A stretch of DNA of 64,000 nucleotides from Monocercomonoides exilis PA203 (lineage: Eukaryota > Protista > Preaxostyla). Location of the stretch: NCBI GenBank assembly GCA_001643675.2, contig LSRY02000047.1, forward strand, positions 496,001 to 560,000, read 5' to 3'. Positions 23,102-37,633 of this stretch are shown piece by piece (positions within the stretch are counted from its first letter, which is position 1; each line of letters starts with the position of its first letter). The position numbers and the translations under genes were made by a program. The notes below the pieces were generated by a model. The model was not told the DNA's origin. It did no database searches and saw only the letters and a list, made by a program, of their open reading frames with translations.

Positions 23102-26100
23102 ATGATTTTGATTCCATTCCCACTTTCCATTCTGCTTTTTGTGTGCAATTTCACAAAGAGTTCATCCGAAATACAATATGAGGAGGCGAATGGTATCCGT
23201 CAAGAAAAACGACAATTTGAAAAAATAACAAGTGAGGAAGCCAAAAAATCATTTGGAAGAGAGCATGCACATTTTGACTTGGAAAAAATGCAATTTGGGC
23301 CTGATGAGTTGCTTTTGAAGTCCGAGTGGCACATAAAAGGAAGCCATCAACAAGTTATTGAAGAAGAAAGTGTGAAACCAAGAAATTGAAATGAAAATAT
23401 CCTATTTTTCTTTTTGAAATTCAAAATATTTATTCTTCTCAGAAAAGTGCAGGACCGTTTCGACAAAAAAAGCACAGAATCTTGAGTCAGAGACCATGAA
23501 CTGCATCTTTGAGCAAAGAGACAAAAAAATAAATGAAAACAAAAAATTTCTCGAGAACAGCCATACCAAATGCAAAATGTCTGTGGCAAACACATCATTG
23601 AATGTGCACTTGCTGCAAATGGAATCTGTGGATAGAAGCTGTATTATTGGACTCCGGGAGTTGTGTTGCTGTGTTGTCTCTAGTTGTGGGCTTTTTTGCG
23701 ATAGAAACAGTGCTTCTTTGATCCACGTGGATGACGGGGTAGTTTTTCTTTGTAAAATAACATTGCTGTTTCGCGACAAATGTGACACAAAAATTGTTCA
23801 GCTTGTGTCCTCATCAACTGCTAGCGCAACTCCTTCCTCTTCCTCGAGTCTGTCCATTGATCAAAGCAAGTTTGAAGCAATTGAGACAATGACAGGCCCG
23901 TTTGAAGGAGGAGAGCGTATCGGCTGCGTGTCAATAAGCAGATCCCACTTCATTAATACAACTAATCACAGGTCCACAACAACAGAAAATAAGTTGAGCT
24001 GTTTATGTGCATCATCGATTGTGGGCTGTTTGTTTGAAAGTGTTTGCGACGTATATTATGGTGGGATTGTTCAATCAATTAATAGATGTGGCACATCATT
24101 ATCTGTGTTCAATAGCACATTTTTTTCGTCGAGAAGATCAAAAAATGCTGAATACAGAGGAACAGAAGGCAGTCCTTTAAATCCTGGAAGAATAACTTTA
24201 TTATATGAAGGAGAATTCATTTTCGAATGGTGCGAATGGAATGGCTCTCACACAAGCAGTTCCTCAAAGGCAATAAATGTTCCGGATGCACAAGATACAT
24301 ACTGGAGCGGGGGAGCGATGTGCTTGATTGGCTGGGGTGAATGCTCACTTTTAATAAATTTTTGTGTATTTCTTGGTTGCTATTCAGATTCAGATGGAGG
24401 AGCAACAAGATGTTACAATACGCTGTTATCAGCATCTATTAATACCAATTATTCCCAATGTTATTCAGGAACAGGTGGAGCGATAAACATTTACCAATCA
24501 TCATGCCTTGAAACAGCTAATTGTTGGTTCACGAACTGCACGTCAAGTGGCGGAGGGGGTGGTATTTTCTTAAAGTCTATATTCAATTCGAAGCCAAATT
24601 GTCTTGCAGAAGAAAAAGGAAATGGAGAAAGTGCTTGCATTTATGATTGCTTCTTTGTTGGATGTCAAGCAAATTCATCATCAGGGGGAGGGTTGCGTTG
24701 TGATTATATGTGGGATTCATTTCGAATGAGAAATATATTTTTTGGAAATTGTTCAGCGAAGAGTGAAGGAGGGGGATTGTTCTCGGAAGTGAATGGAACC
24801 GGGCTTCAAATAGACAGCGTTTTATTTTATTTTATCTTCTTCCAGAAGTGCAGCTGCTCTGGTGATCCCCCCTATGGTCTTGATGTGTGCATATATGATA
24901 CTGTTTGCATTGATTTCACAAATCCATTTGCAAACTCATTCACATCAAATACAAACGAAAAAAGAGTGTGCTATAAGTTCAAGTCATCATCATTAACATA
25001 CGAGCAGACAGAGAGAAAGGACTGGCTGCCATTAATTCAATTTTATAATGTTGGGACAAACGGAATCGATTTTGAGTTGTGTGGGGCAATGGAAGTGCTT
25101 GCATGCAAGACAGCTGGATTTGCAGTTCAACAGAGCACAGGAGATACTGAAAGCCGAGTCATCATCTTGGAAGGAAGGCACATGAGTGAAAGAGCAGCAA
25201 TTGAGATTGGCTCGAAAAAGATAATTATTGAAGGAATGGGGAAGGAAGCAAGTTTGATTGAAACAAAAGCATTGAAGGCGGAAGCAGAATCACTGATAAG
25301 TGTTGCAGATGGGGATATGTGGCTTCAATCACTGAGCATCGATCACACATCGAAATGCGTTCCTTCCCCATCTGTGGTCAAGCAGACATCCCCGAATGGA
25401 AATGTGTGTGCGAAGGATGTGTCCATAGCTTCTTCACTGTCTGGGGCCGTTGAAGACAGAGTGATGGCTTGTGCTGTGTTTGTTGTGTATTTAAGCCAAT
25501 TGCACTTGGAGGATGTAACAATTGCAAGAATGCGCCTTGCAGGTCCAGTGCTGTTGGAGGCTGGAGCAGCACAGACTCTGATGAGCAAGGTGGGGAATAT
25601 AACAGTCGAGAATGTTTCTCGCACAGAAGGAGAAGGTATTATGCTGTCGAAGAGGATTGAAGCAGATGAGAGATTGCAAGTGCAGAATGTCTCGATAGTG
25701 GAATGCACGTGCATGGCTGGAGATGGAGGAGGAATGTGGATTGAAATGACGGAGATAAGCAGTTGTGTGGAAGTGGGAGGCATGGGAATTGAAACAAAGA
25801 TGGAACATTGCAGCTGCAGTGGTGGAGGTGGAGGAGTATGTTTGGATGTTTGCAAAGGAGGAAGAGAGCTGGCGCTGGACAATCTGAAGTTTGTGGAGTG
25901 CAATTGTGGAGGAGCAGGTGGGAAAAATATATATGTGAAGGGAAGTGAAATTTCTGAAAGCATGATAAACAGAAAATCGTTTGCATTTGAATTTGATGAG
26001 AATTTCTATGAAGATCTAGTGGGGTTTGACAGAGATGTTGATGGTGGAGTATCATTTCCGCTGAATGTGTTTTTTGTTGAGTTCAAGGGGTTAGCCCATG

Positions 26101-29100
26101 TTGGAGGAAGAAGGGTTGCAGGGAGCGGATATGGAGGAAGTGATGCCTCATTCTGCGGGTTTGAGTCCTTTCCTTGCAGAACAATACTGTATGCAGCAAG
26201 TGTTCGATTTAATGCTGGAAAGAGGATGATTGCTGTGGATGAAGGATATGAATTGAGAGAAGGAATTGAAATGAAAGACTGGGAATGGGAAATATGGGGC
26301 AGTGGATCAGACTTACAAATGAATGTGACTGAGCCAGATAATTTGCATTCGTCGAGAATAATTTCTGTTGAAGAAAGGGCAAGTATAAATGCAATATGGT
26401 TTTGCATTGCTCAAAGTTTGAGGAGTGTGAAAAGTGTTATTGAATGCCTGAAGGGGGTGATTTGACGATGACAAAATGTTCTGTATCGACAAACAGCTCT
26501 AGTGGAGATACAGTGTTGGCAGATGTTAATTATTTTGTTGTTTGCATTAAAGGAGGAATTCTGAGACTTGTGGAGTTTGAAAGCAAAGGAATGATGAGAT
26601 TTTGCGAAGGCGGGCTTGTGAACGGTGATAATGCAATGATTGTGGAGATGAAACAGTGCATGCTTTCTAGAATTGAAAAACAGCAGGAAACGGTGGCTGC
26701 TTGAAAGTGGAACGGAAAATGAAAGAGGAAGACGAAGAGGGAGCGATGATTATGGTAGATGGATGCAATATTTCTGAGAGCATTGCTAGTGAAGAAGCTG
26801 GGTGTGGAGGAGGAATATGGGCCAAGCTTGACGGAGACGATACATTAACGATAAATGGAGCAAGTGTGTTGGAAGGGTGTTGCTCAGGAAGAGGAAACGA
26901 TGGAACGGGTAAAGGAGGAGGGGTGATGATTTATTCCATCAGCGAGCGGTGCATGTTTCGAATAGGAGAAAGAGTGAAATTTTCAACAGAAAAGGATAAT
27001 AAGGCCGGAATCGGGAGGGACTTGTTTGTTAAGTGTGGGTCAGGTGTGCTTTTGAGTTCAAAAATCAGCAATTTGTCAATTGCATCTATTGGAAAAGGGG
27101 TCTGGGCGACAGATGCGAACAAACTGAGTGGAAGTGAAAATGGAGCAGATGTGCCTGTAATCCCTCTGTTTGTTTTTGGAGAAGCATTTCATCTTCCGTT
27201 GTGTGTGGATGGAAATAGTGGAGTTGATCATTCTCACAGTGGACATGCTCTATTTGCATGCTTGACAATAGATTTCTGTGTGAAAAAACGGGCAAGTGGA
27301 AGCCTGAATGAGATTTCCATTATTTCAAATACTTCAATTATAAGTCCGATATCGGTGTCTGCGTATGCGATGAAAGTATTCTCACAAAACGAAAGAAAGG
27401 GAATTGAGGTAATTTTTGTGCAATACTTTGGTGAAAATGGAGTGATATCGTGCCATTCTGGAGTTGAATTTGATAGTCTGTCGTTTATGCTCAAAAGCAC
27501 AATAATGCAAGTGAAAGAAGCTTTTATAATTTCTGTTGTTTCTCTGACGGCAAGAAAGTGCCACATTACTCTCTGGGAGAGAGATAGCGGAAGTGAAAGC
27601 GAATTGGATATAGGAATAATCCGTGTTCAAGGGGGCGAGCTGTATTTGAGCGAATTTTCATTTGAAGAGGATGTCAGATTCACAGAGAGATCCGCAATAA
27701 CTTGCAAAAACTGGAAGGATATAGTGATTGAAAAAAGCACATTTGATGGAACAAAAAGAGTTGAAGGGAATGGTGGATGTGTGGACATTGGAAGCGGAAA
27801 TGAAGAAGGAAGGAATGTGAGGATTGAGAATTGCACGTTGACAGGTCAATGTGTGAGAGGGAGTGAACTTAAAGGAGGAGGAATTTTTGTCACAATAAGT
27901 GGCGGGCAGGAGCTAACAATAAATGATGTCGTTTTTAAGGATTGCACAGTTCCAGAATGGAATGATGAGCAAAATGAAGTGGCGGAAAGAGGAAGCAGAG
28001 GATATGGAGGAGGAATATTTTTGGAGATAGAAGATAACTGTGAAAAGTTTTATGTTAGAAAATCGAGTTATAATAACTGCAAAGAGTGGAAGGGATCAAA
28101 CATATTTGTGTCAGCACAAACGCTCGAATGAGTTGTGGAAACAAAATATCTGAGCTTGGGAATAAGAAGGGAGGAGCTCGAATCGTTGAGCGAGGCATGT
28201 GGCTGGGAGAGAAATACCACAGGAGTTGGGTTTGCTGTCCCATTGGTTGTCTATCAATGGGAGAACATGAGTGGCAAAGGATTTGTAGATGGAGAGGTTG
28301 GAGGAGATTTTAATGGATGCGGATACTCAGTCGCTCCGTGTTCAACAATACACACTGTAATGAGGTTGCATTTCATGGTCCTTGAAGCACAGAGAAATGA
28401 AGTTTGTGTAAGCCATCGATCTGCACTGGATACCCCGCTTATGTTCAGTGCACCCCTGCATCAGATTGAAGAAACAGTGTTTTGATTTTCAAGCAAGGAG
28501 AAAGAGACAGAGGTAATGATCACTGACGAAGATGGAAACGAAAACGATGCCGAATCGTTTATGATGACGACAATTGCACTTGAGGTTGTAAATTTGACCT
28601 GAAAAGTTCCGTGCTTTTTGAAGAATTCTCGAAATTCGTTGATAAAATCAACTTTTCTGTTAAGGATGGAAGACTGCTTTGTGAAGATGAAGAACGGAAG
28701 AGAAGTGAATTACTCTTTTGTGATTGCAGATGGGGGAAAAGTCATTGTGAAGAATTTGAGCATCAGCGGGGCTGGATATTTTGTGACGAAGATCGGAACA
28801 ACACCGCTTGTTGAGATTATAAGATCGAGCGGCGTGACAATTGAAAACTGCGACTTCATGAATATATCGCATGCAGAGAGAGATGGAGCGTGGATTGCAA
28901 TCAGTTGCATTGAAAAAGACAGTGAGTTGAGAGTGGAAAAATGCACATTTGAAGTGTGCAGAGCTGATGGAGAACAAGGGATGGGAGGAGGAGTGCGACT
29001 ATGTGGAGAAGAGGGAGTTACTGTTGAAGTGAGCGGATGCAGGTTTCGCGAATGCAAAGCCGGAGGAGAGGTGTCAGACAGAGGAAAAAGTGTTGGAGGA

Positions 29101-32100
29101 GGGATGTTTATAAGGTGCAAAGGAAGAGGATCTGGAATGAAGTTAACAAGTGTTGAATTTGAACATTGCGATGCTTGGAAAGGCAAAAACGTATTTGTCT
29201 TGTGCAGCGATATAGCAAGTATTGTGCAGAACAAGTCAATGAATTTTGAGTTTAAGTTATTGGTTGAAGAAAAGCCAGAATTGGATGAGTTGAGTGGAAG
29301 TGAGGCAAATGAAGAAGGAGAACTGGATGTTGACAGAGAAATAGTCCCGTTGGTTGTAGCCCTTCGAGAGTTCTGTGGGACGTGCTTTGTTGGAGAAGAG
29401 GGGGCAGACAATAAGTTTTGTGGATACAAAGATTATCCATGTAAAAGTCTGGAGCATGGAGGAAAAGCGAGGTTTGAAATGGAAGAAATGGCTGTTATTT
29501 CATTTCTTCCATCGTTCAGCATATGCAAGCCTTTGATACGAAAGAGTCAAGCAATGTGCTTTGCAGCTTCTGATTGCTCAATTCCAGTGATGTTTTTCTG
29601 TGATGTGCAACAGGAAGATGGCGGAGCAAGTGAAGAATTCAAAGAAGGCGAAGAAGGGTTTGTGGAAACAGGAAAAGAAGTAATATTTCAAAACATGTTG
29701 ATAAGAGTGAAGTGCTTGAATGCTTTGAAGAATAAATATGTTTTTGCATGGATCGACGAGAGTTTGCATCTGACTGATTGCAAAGTCAGTTGCTTTGAAG
29801 GAGAGGCAAGTTGTGGATTTTCTCGAGGAACAAAGGGGAAGCTCGTTTTGAAGCGCGTGGAAATGAATGGAATAAAATGGATTGAAAGAGCTGTTATCGC
29901 GGTTTGTGGAAGCGAGTGTTCTTGTGAGATGGACGAATGCATATGGAGTGGAACTGGATGCGATAGTGAAAAGGGAATACTATGGGCAAGTGGAGACAGC
30001 AGCATTGCTGCAACGAATACATATATCGGAGAATGGAGAGATGGGAAATGCAGCGCTATCTGTATTGAAGAATCGAGAGAGGTTAAGATTGAGAATATGA
30101 CATTGAAGGGAATTGAAAAAGAAGGAGGAGATGGAGAGGGGAAGCAGGCATTGTTGGATGGTGGAAGAGTTTGTCTGTAAAGAAGTGTTCATTTGGAAGA
30201 TGCGGATGCATGGGTGAAGGAGAAAGAAAGGGAGGTGGAATTAAAATAAAAATGGAAAGCGGAGGAGAAATGATATTTCAGGAAAATAGAATTGAAGGAT
30301 GCTTTGTCAATGAAAGAGCAGGGATTGGAGGAGGGATGCATATTGAGTTTGCTGATGCAGATGTGGCGTATTCAATGCAGAATAATGCTTTTGATGGAAA
30401 CAGAGCATGGCTTGGGAAAAATGTGTTTTTGGTTTGTGAATTGCCTCATAAAATGGTTGCTGCTAATCTTTGGGAAGGCTGTGTGAAAGAGAATGAGGCA
30501 GAGGAGATGATGTGGGTTGTTGACAAATGGCCAGAAGCTGTTACTAATGTGTCTTTGGTTGAATTTCTGAATCCACAGGAGACAGATACACTGTATGTTA
30601 TGAGTGGGATTGAAGCAGCAGAAAAGTGTGGATACAAATATTCTCCTTGTGCAGAACTTGGTGTGGGGTTAACAATGATGAGCGAAGGGCAAAAACAATG
30701 TATCTCAACAATTCGAATAAACTTACAGAAGAGATAGATAGAAATGGGAAAGAGTTGTGCGTAAGAGGAAAGTCCGCGAAAGAGAAATGTTTGTTGGCGG
30801 TAGACAAAGATGGAAGGTTCTGTTCATCTGGGAGGGAAGATGAAGGAGTGTTAAGGTTGCAGTATCTTGAGTTTGTGCTGGAAGGAGAAAGAAGAGAATG
30901 CTTGATATGTGTGAATGGCGGTCGATCAAATGTGGATGAATGCGCATTTAAATGCAATCCAGGAGGGGAAACGAATCAATGGATTGCAAAAGTTACAGAG
31001 AGAGGAGAAATGCTCATAACAGGAATTACGACGTATGAGATGAATATGAAAGAGGAAATGGGCATTGTGATTGTGAATGAAGGAGGCAAATTGGAATTAG
31101 ATAGATGGACAGCAAAAGATGTGAAAACAGATGGAAAGAGGCTGTTGATGTGTGGATCAGGATCAAGCTTCATCCTGATGAATGTTAGCGTACGAGGATG
31201 CAAAGCTTCAAATGGGCATATTGTTGAAGTTGAAGGAGGAGCGAAAGTTGAGATTGGGCGGAACAGTTCATTTGAGGAGTATGATGGAGGAGCTGCAAAT
31301 GGAGGAGTTGTGAAAATGGTGAAAGTGAAGAGCGAAACAGTTGAAAAGTTTGTGGTGAATCATATCACAATAGAAAAGTGCTGCGTGAGTGAAGACTGTG
31401 GAAGGGGTGGAGGGCTATATGTGTATGAAGGATCTGAAGAAGTGGAAAAAGAGTTGAAAACGATCAATAAAAAGATTGATGTATTTGAGATTGTGAAAGT
31501 CCGTTTTAAGAATAACAAAGCCAGTTGCGGGAGAGATATGTTTATTGAGAGCGAGGAGTTGTGCAAGATTGTTAATGAAGAGAGTGTTCGATTGGAGTTG
31601 TTTGACGAAGATGGGAATAGATGTATTGACATGAAGGGATGCAGCTGGAGGGATTGGGGCGAAGTTGTTGTTGAATTGTACTTTCTTGTAGAAGAAGCTA
31701 AGCTAGAAGAAGTGGCAGTTAGCGAGCATGGCGTTGACATGGCTGGGTGTGGTGTGGTTGAGTATCCACGCAAATCGTTTTGGAGAGGGATGAGGAATAC
31801 AATAAAAAGAGTGGTTTAAATGCAATTAATATTGAAGGAAGTACTTGGATTGAAGATGTTCATGAAATAACAGGATTTGTTATAACGTCAGTGAGTGAGG
31901 AGTGCTGTGTAGTGAACGTAAAAAAAGGAGTGGAAGAGGAAAGAAAAAAGCTTGATTGTTCTTGAAAATAACGGATTTGCAGAGTTTGAGAGGATTTATT
32001 TTTGTGTGGAGCGCATTCTTCCAAGTGGATGTGAGACCTTAATTGGGTCTCTGGGTATCGAACTGAGACTGGAAAACTGCAGCTTTAGGAGTGTAGAAAA

Positions 32101-35100
32101 AGAAGAGTTGTCGTTCTGTATTGTGAGATGCGAAAGAGGGCTGATAACAGTCATTGGGTGGCAAATATCAGACGAGAAATGTGGGGTTGTGGGAATGATA
32201 ATTGGATGCAGTGCAGTGATGGAAAAATGTTCATTTGAAGGAGTGGGATGCAGAAAGAGTGCAGAAGGTGGAGCAATGAAGGTGATTATCCATTATGAAG
32301 AAACGGTGGCCATGAAGGATTTGGAGCTCAAGAGATGTCAATGCTCAGAAGAAGAAGGAAGAGGAGGAGCGGCGTTTATCAATTGTGAAGATGCTCGTAA
32401 AAGCGAGCCATTTGTGCTTGAAGGCTTAATGTTTGAGCAGAATGGAGCATTTCTCGGGAAGAATTTATTTGTTCGAGCCCGCGATCTTAATCAGTCTGTA
32501 AGCAGTAGCACATTGAAATTTGAAGAGGAAACTGATGGTTCAAGCGATTTTCTGTATTCTGGAAGTGATTTGACGCTTACGGACACGGATTTATTGAGGT
32601 TTGTAGTTGAATTTCGCTCTTCAATAGTGTTTGTGAGCGATTATGGATTGGACATTCAAAGATGCGGGATGAGCGAAGATCCGTGCAAGTCCATGAGGAG
32701 AGGATTGAAGCAAATGGACAAGCAAGCAGAAGAAAAAGAATTAAAAATTTGTGGAACAATAATTGTGGAAGAAGAAAATAATGTTAGCAACGTGAAGATG
32801 GAGCAGTGGGAAAAGAACTTGGAGCAAGCAAATGAGGGAATATCATGCATAGTGTTTTGTAGTGAAAATGCATATGGAGATGCTTCATCAGGAGGATTGC
32901 TCAGAAATTTTGGTAAGTTTTGTATGAAATCCATAAGAATGAGAGAAGAGCAGGCGATGGATAATGGAGAAGGCTGGCTGATTATTAGTGAAGGAAATGA
33001 AATTGAAATGGACAAGTGCCAGTTTGGAAAGAGGGGCGAAGGTGGAGGATGGTGGAAGTGTGGACTTGTACTCTTGCGGAAAGGAATGTTCCATGCATTT
33101 TATGTTGTTGTGGAGGATGTGAGAGTGAATAGGGGATTGTTCGAGATTGTTGCTGGATGCTATGTGAACATGAAGGAAATAAAAGTTGATGAAGTGAAAC
33201 TCGAGGAAAATTGCATCATAAATGTTGTTGATGAAATTGAAAACAAAAGAAATGAAAAGAAAGAAAAAAGACATGCTTAGCGAATTGAAAACGATTATTG
33301 AACTTGATGAATGTTCATTCAGCGACGTGAAAAAGACAGGAAAAGGATGCAGCATAATGAAAAGTGTAGGCCAAAGCACTGGAATGTGTGCAACAGTGAA
33401 AAAGTGTATATTTGAAGGATGTTTGGCACAGGATTCGGAGAAAGGAGGAATGGGTAGGATGAAACTTAATGTGGGAGGGGAGCTACAATTAGAGGAGTGC
33501 TCAGTGCGTGCGTGCGGATGCAATATAGAGTACGGAAAAGGAGGAGGAATGTTTGTGGAAAGCGAGGAAGAAGGTGCTTTGAAGTTTGTTTTCAGGAATT
33601 GTCTGTTTGAAGGTAATATGGGATGGAAAGGAAAAGATATATTTGTGTCTTGCATTAACATTGAAAAGCAAATCAATGAGAACCAATTCGAATTGAATGC
33701 TGAAGGGATAAGCATGCTTAGAGATGATTCTATTTGCGGAACAGACAAGACTGAGCATGTAGGTGCTGATGTTGATTTAATGAAGTTCATCAGTGTGTTT
33801 AAATCTCGTACAATCATTGTTTCAGGAAGATGCAACTGCAGTGGTGGAGAAATAAGTTATGGGGCTGATGAAAGGCAATGCGGTGCTGCAGATCGGCCAT
33901 GTGCAACAGTTGAATATGGAGCGAGCCATTTGTGTGGAACTCTGTTTGTTGTGCTTGGGATTGATGGTGAAAGCAGTTTGAATGGGCCTACAATATTGGA
34001 GGAAATGACACTACGATCAGTAAATTCGGAGTATGGGAAAATCTGTTTTGGTAGCGAAGATGGAAATTCCTTAAAGAAAGCAGAGAAGAACAGAGATTTC
34101 GCGATTTGCGCAAGAGGAAATGTTATTATTGAGTTGATTTGGATGTGGATTGAAGGGTTGAAAAAATCATCTTATGGATGCATTGTGGCATCGAAAGAGG
34201 GGCTTTTGACAATGAGAAGTTGCAAAGTGAGTGGAACAGGGAGAGGAGGGGGAGAAATTGCTCCAAAAATTATGGAGTGTATTGGAGGAAGTCTCAAGAT
34301 ATTGAATGTGAGTGTTACTGATGCGAATATTGTTAGATTTGTGGAATGTCGGGAGTGCATGGTAGAGCTGACTGGATTGCATATCCTAAATATCGAAGGA
34401 AAAGAAGGACTGATGTTTTCGGACAACGCGGCAGTGTCGCTAAAGGAGATTAGGATAGAAAATTCCAAAGTGGATTCAGGCTCATACGTAAAGGTTACAG
34501 AATCCATAGATTCGTCTTTGCATGCAATCCAAAATACAATGCTCAATCTTGCGTCATTGTCAATGGCAAACATTAGCTCAAATTCCTGTGAGATTGCTAT
34601 GATTGAGCAAATGGGATTTTGCATCCAATACTGCTTGAGAACTGCTCGATTCAAGGATGTAATGCTGGAAATAAAGAAGGAAGAATCATTTGTGTTAGCA
34701 AATGCTCGAATGTTGAGATTAATGGATGTATATTTAATGGTAAGAAGAATGAGGCAAACTTGTTACGAAAGAATTCAAAAAATATCTATGAAGAGTTGTG
34801 TGAATGGGATGGATGGCTTATTTCTGCAGAGGATAGTTCTGTGAAAATTAGAGATTCGACACTGACAAATGCACAAGAAGGAGGGCTTACTGTGAAAGGC
34901 GGGAAAACTTTAATAGAAGAATGCGAGTTTACAGACATTAAAGCCGAAGTGAACAATTACAGATCAGCAAGGAGAAACATGCATTGCTCTGAATTCGGTG
35001 AACTAAACGTAGAAAGCTTGAAAAGAGGAGATGGACGGCAATCAAACACTTCGCTTTGGATTTTGAATGAGGGATGCGAACTTGAAGGCATTGCAAAGGA

Positions 35101-36907
35101 TCGGTTATCTCCATATTATATTGCAACACTAGATTCTGTGCACTGTTCATATGAGACATCTGGATATGTCACATTACACTTTATAGGTAATCTTCTTCTT
35201 CCATGTAATCTGTCATACAATTTAATATAAACCTTCAAAACGCTGAGTCGTTTGGAACGGAACAATTTTGATTTAACAAACTTTATATCTGAAACAGAGA
35301 TTTGGACAAACGTGCCGATTGAAACAATAGCTTCGACGTCAGAAGAAGTAGAAGTGTCAGTAGCGATTTTGAATGGCAGCCTCACAGCTCCCATCAGCAC
35401 AAAATCTATTACAATAAAAAATGGATCTTCTCCAGCACATGAACAAGAAAGTGAAAAAGATAAGGAATCAGACATTCAAACTGAAGAAGATCAGAAGCTT
35501 CAAAGAAAACAGCAGCAATCTTTTAGAGATGCAGAAGGAAACTTGGATTGGAAGTCATGTTTACTGATTGCAATGATTATAATTGTTATTGGGGTGATAG
35601 TTGGAGCGGGAGTAGTTGTGAAGCTTATCAGCAATCAGGCAGCGAGGGAAAAACAGAAATTGAAAGAATATGATAGTTCGTTCAAAGAGAGCGAAATGAC
35701 AGATGAAGGAAATGTGGCGTTCGAAATGGTGACTATGGGGATTTTACCAGAAAGTTATGAAGATTATTCTGAAGGAGAAAAATATGAGCCAACAAAAAAG
35801 TGTTCAACAGTATTGAAGTACCAACCTGTGGTGCGCTCTGAATCACAACAGCACTTGGTCGATGAAACAAGCTCTGCACAATTACTCAACAATTTGGATT
35901 CAAGAGGCATTTCAATAAGGATGATAAATGATGAAATTTCAGGAAAAAACAATAATCCCCCATCGTTTTGCGGAGACTCTCCGACTCCTCCACTTTCTCC
36001 TCAATTTTTAAACTCGATGAATGATGCCACAACAACATTTGTGAGGATTGAAGACGAGTGTCCAACCACCTCGTCCATGTCGAATCTGGTGGATGCAATG
36101 GCTTGCTCGTCTCCTCACGAGAAGCTGATTGTAGATCTGAGGGATTCGTTGTTCATGCTGCTTCATGGGCTGAATAAGACAAAAGAGATGCCGATTGGCA
36201 CCTTGAAAGAAAGAGAGATGACAGCTGCTCAAATCCTGTTCTGGGTGGCCAATCTCGCTCTTCACTCGTTTGATGAAATGGAAAATGAATTATCTTCTCT
36301 TGCCGATCTGAGTCCGCACATTGTGCTGTTCTCCGAACACATGGTTATTTGCATTGCTATGCATTCTGATTGCTTCTTCGATTCTGATTCGGATTCTTCG
36401 TCGATATCTTCATCAACTGTTGCGACGTCTGCAAGTGATGATGATGAAGAGGACTCCCTTCCTTCATCGGCTTTTGAGGATGAGAATGATTTCAAAAAGG
36501 AGTGCATGAGGTGGAAGGCGCCAGAACTGTTGATCAACAAGAAGATGGGAGCGACAAAAGAATCTGTCTCATTCTCGATAGGGATGATGCTGTGGGAGTG
36601 CTTGTCTCTTCAGATCCCATTTGGAGAATATGAAGCAGCAACTGCAGGACAGAAAATTGCTAATGGAGAAAGACCGCAATTCCAAAATGTGGTTGAGTCA
36701 GAGCTTGCGAAAGTGGCTAAAAGCTCGTTGTGTGTGAGACCTGAAAAAAGACCATCGCTCAAGGATCTGAAAAAAGAATTTATCCAACGTTTTCCTTCGA
36801 ACGCAACAATACCCAATGTTTCTGATGCAGTATCTTATGACTGTATCGCAGGTGACAGCTTACGCTACTCGAGAACAAGTTGCAAATCAAATCAAAGATA
36901 TTTTTGA
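23102..36907 (+). pseudogene. Disrupted giant receptor-like gene: signal peptide, ~4000-aa Cys/Gly-rich beta-helix ectodomain, one TM helix, C-terminal TKL/TK-like pseudokinase (copy 1)
   Basis: Signal MILIPFPLSILLFVCNFTKS at 23102; putative in-frame intron 23370-23442; TM LLIAMIIIVIGVIVGAGVVV at ~35561-35620; kinase C-lobe MRWKAPE..SVSFSIGMMLWECL..QIPF..GERP..RP. Lesions shared with copy 2: TGA at 28129, 28483 and 28600, TAA at 35228, frameshifts at ~26447, ~30140-30170 and ~34607. Five further A-run indels occur only in this copy. Confidence 0.8.
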
Positions 36908-37440
36908 ACACTCCAGACTTTTTTCGCAATGGCTCCAAAGAATTTGTTATATTTGAGCTTTTTGGATTAACCTCTAGAAATTTCGGAATTATTCTGGGTA
37001 AGATTCCATTAGGAAAAAGGTTAGAGGATATTTTGAAAAATGCAAACAATTGATTGCTGTGCATTTATCAATTTTCAGTTGACTTTTTAGCAAATTTTTT
37101 AAATGAATATTTTTTTTAAAAAAAATGAAATTGTTGATTTTTGCTTTGGAAATAAATTTTCTTGCATTATGTCAAGCCTATTCTTCACTTCTGAATTGGC
37201 AAGACAAATGACATTCAATTTTTAATTGAAATAGTTCGTGAGTTAGAAATATTCTTCACACAACTAAATTTTTGCATGACTTTTTTTCTTTTTTAAAAAA
37301 GAAAGTGTTTCATCAATTCATTCTCTTGTTTGAGAGACGCCACAATTTTTGGGTCAGTCGCCACATTTGATCAATGATGTCAATTTCACAATTCCCTCCG
37401 ATTGTTGGACTTACGCCGTCGGCTGAGGCTGCAATTTAGT

Positions 37441-37633
37441 TCAGTGGGGAGCAAAGCCAACCAGGGACCTTGTCACAACCGAACATCTTCTCTTCCTCTT
37501 CAATTTTTTCACCTTCTTCATTGGAAGGTTTAGCACAGGAGGTGCTATTCCTGAAATTTTTTTTTTATTTTTCAATTTTAGAAAAAAGATCTGGTATTTT
37601 TTGTTTTATTTTTTAGATCAAAGACTTACTCAT
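37441..37633 (-). CDS. Putative 37-aa spliced basic micro-ORF (copy 1), weakly eL41-like
   Basis: Mirror image of 39745-39937. Confidence 0.4.

Noticed and set aside
26676-33270. Arm-specific A-run indels as programmed phase variation
   Set aside because: All are +/-1 in 5-6-nt homopolymers, each breaks only one arm, and the gene is already dead from shared stops. Sequencing error is more parsimonious.
35228-35230. In-frame TAA as evidence for the TAR=Gln code used by some oxymonads
   Set aside because: SDA1 ends in TAA and CCDC81 in TAG at sensible positions, and multi-kb ORFs contain no internal TAR. A nonsense mutation explains it better.
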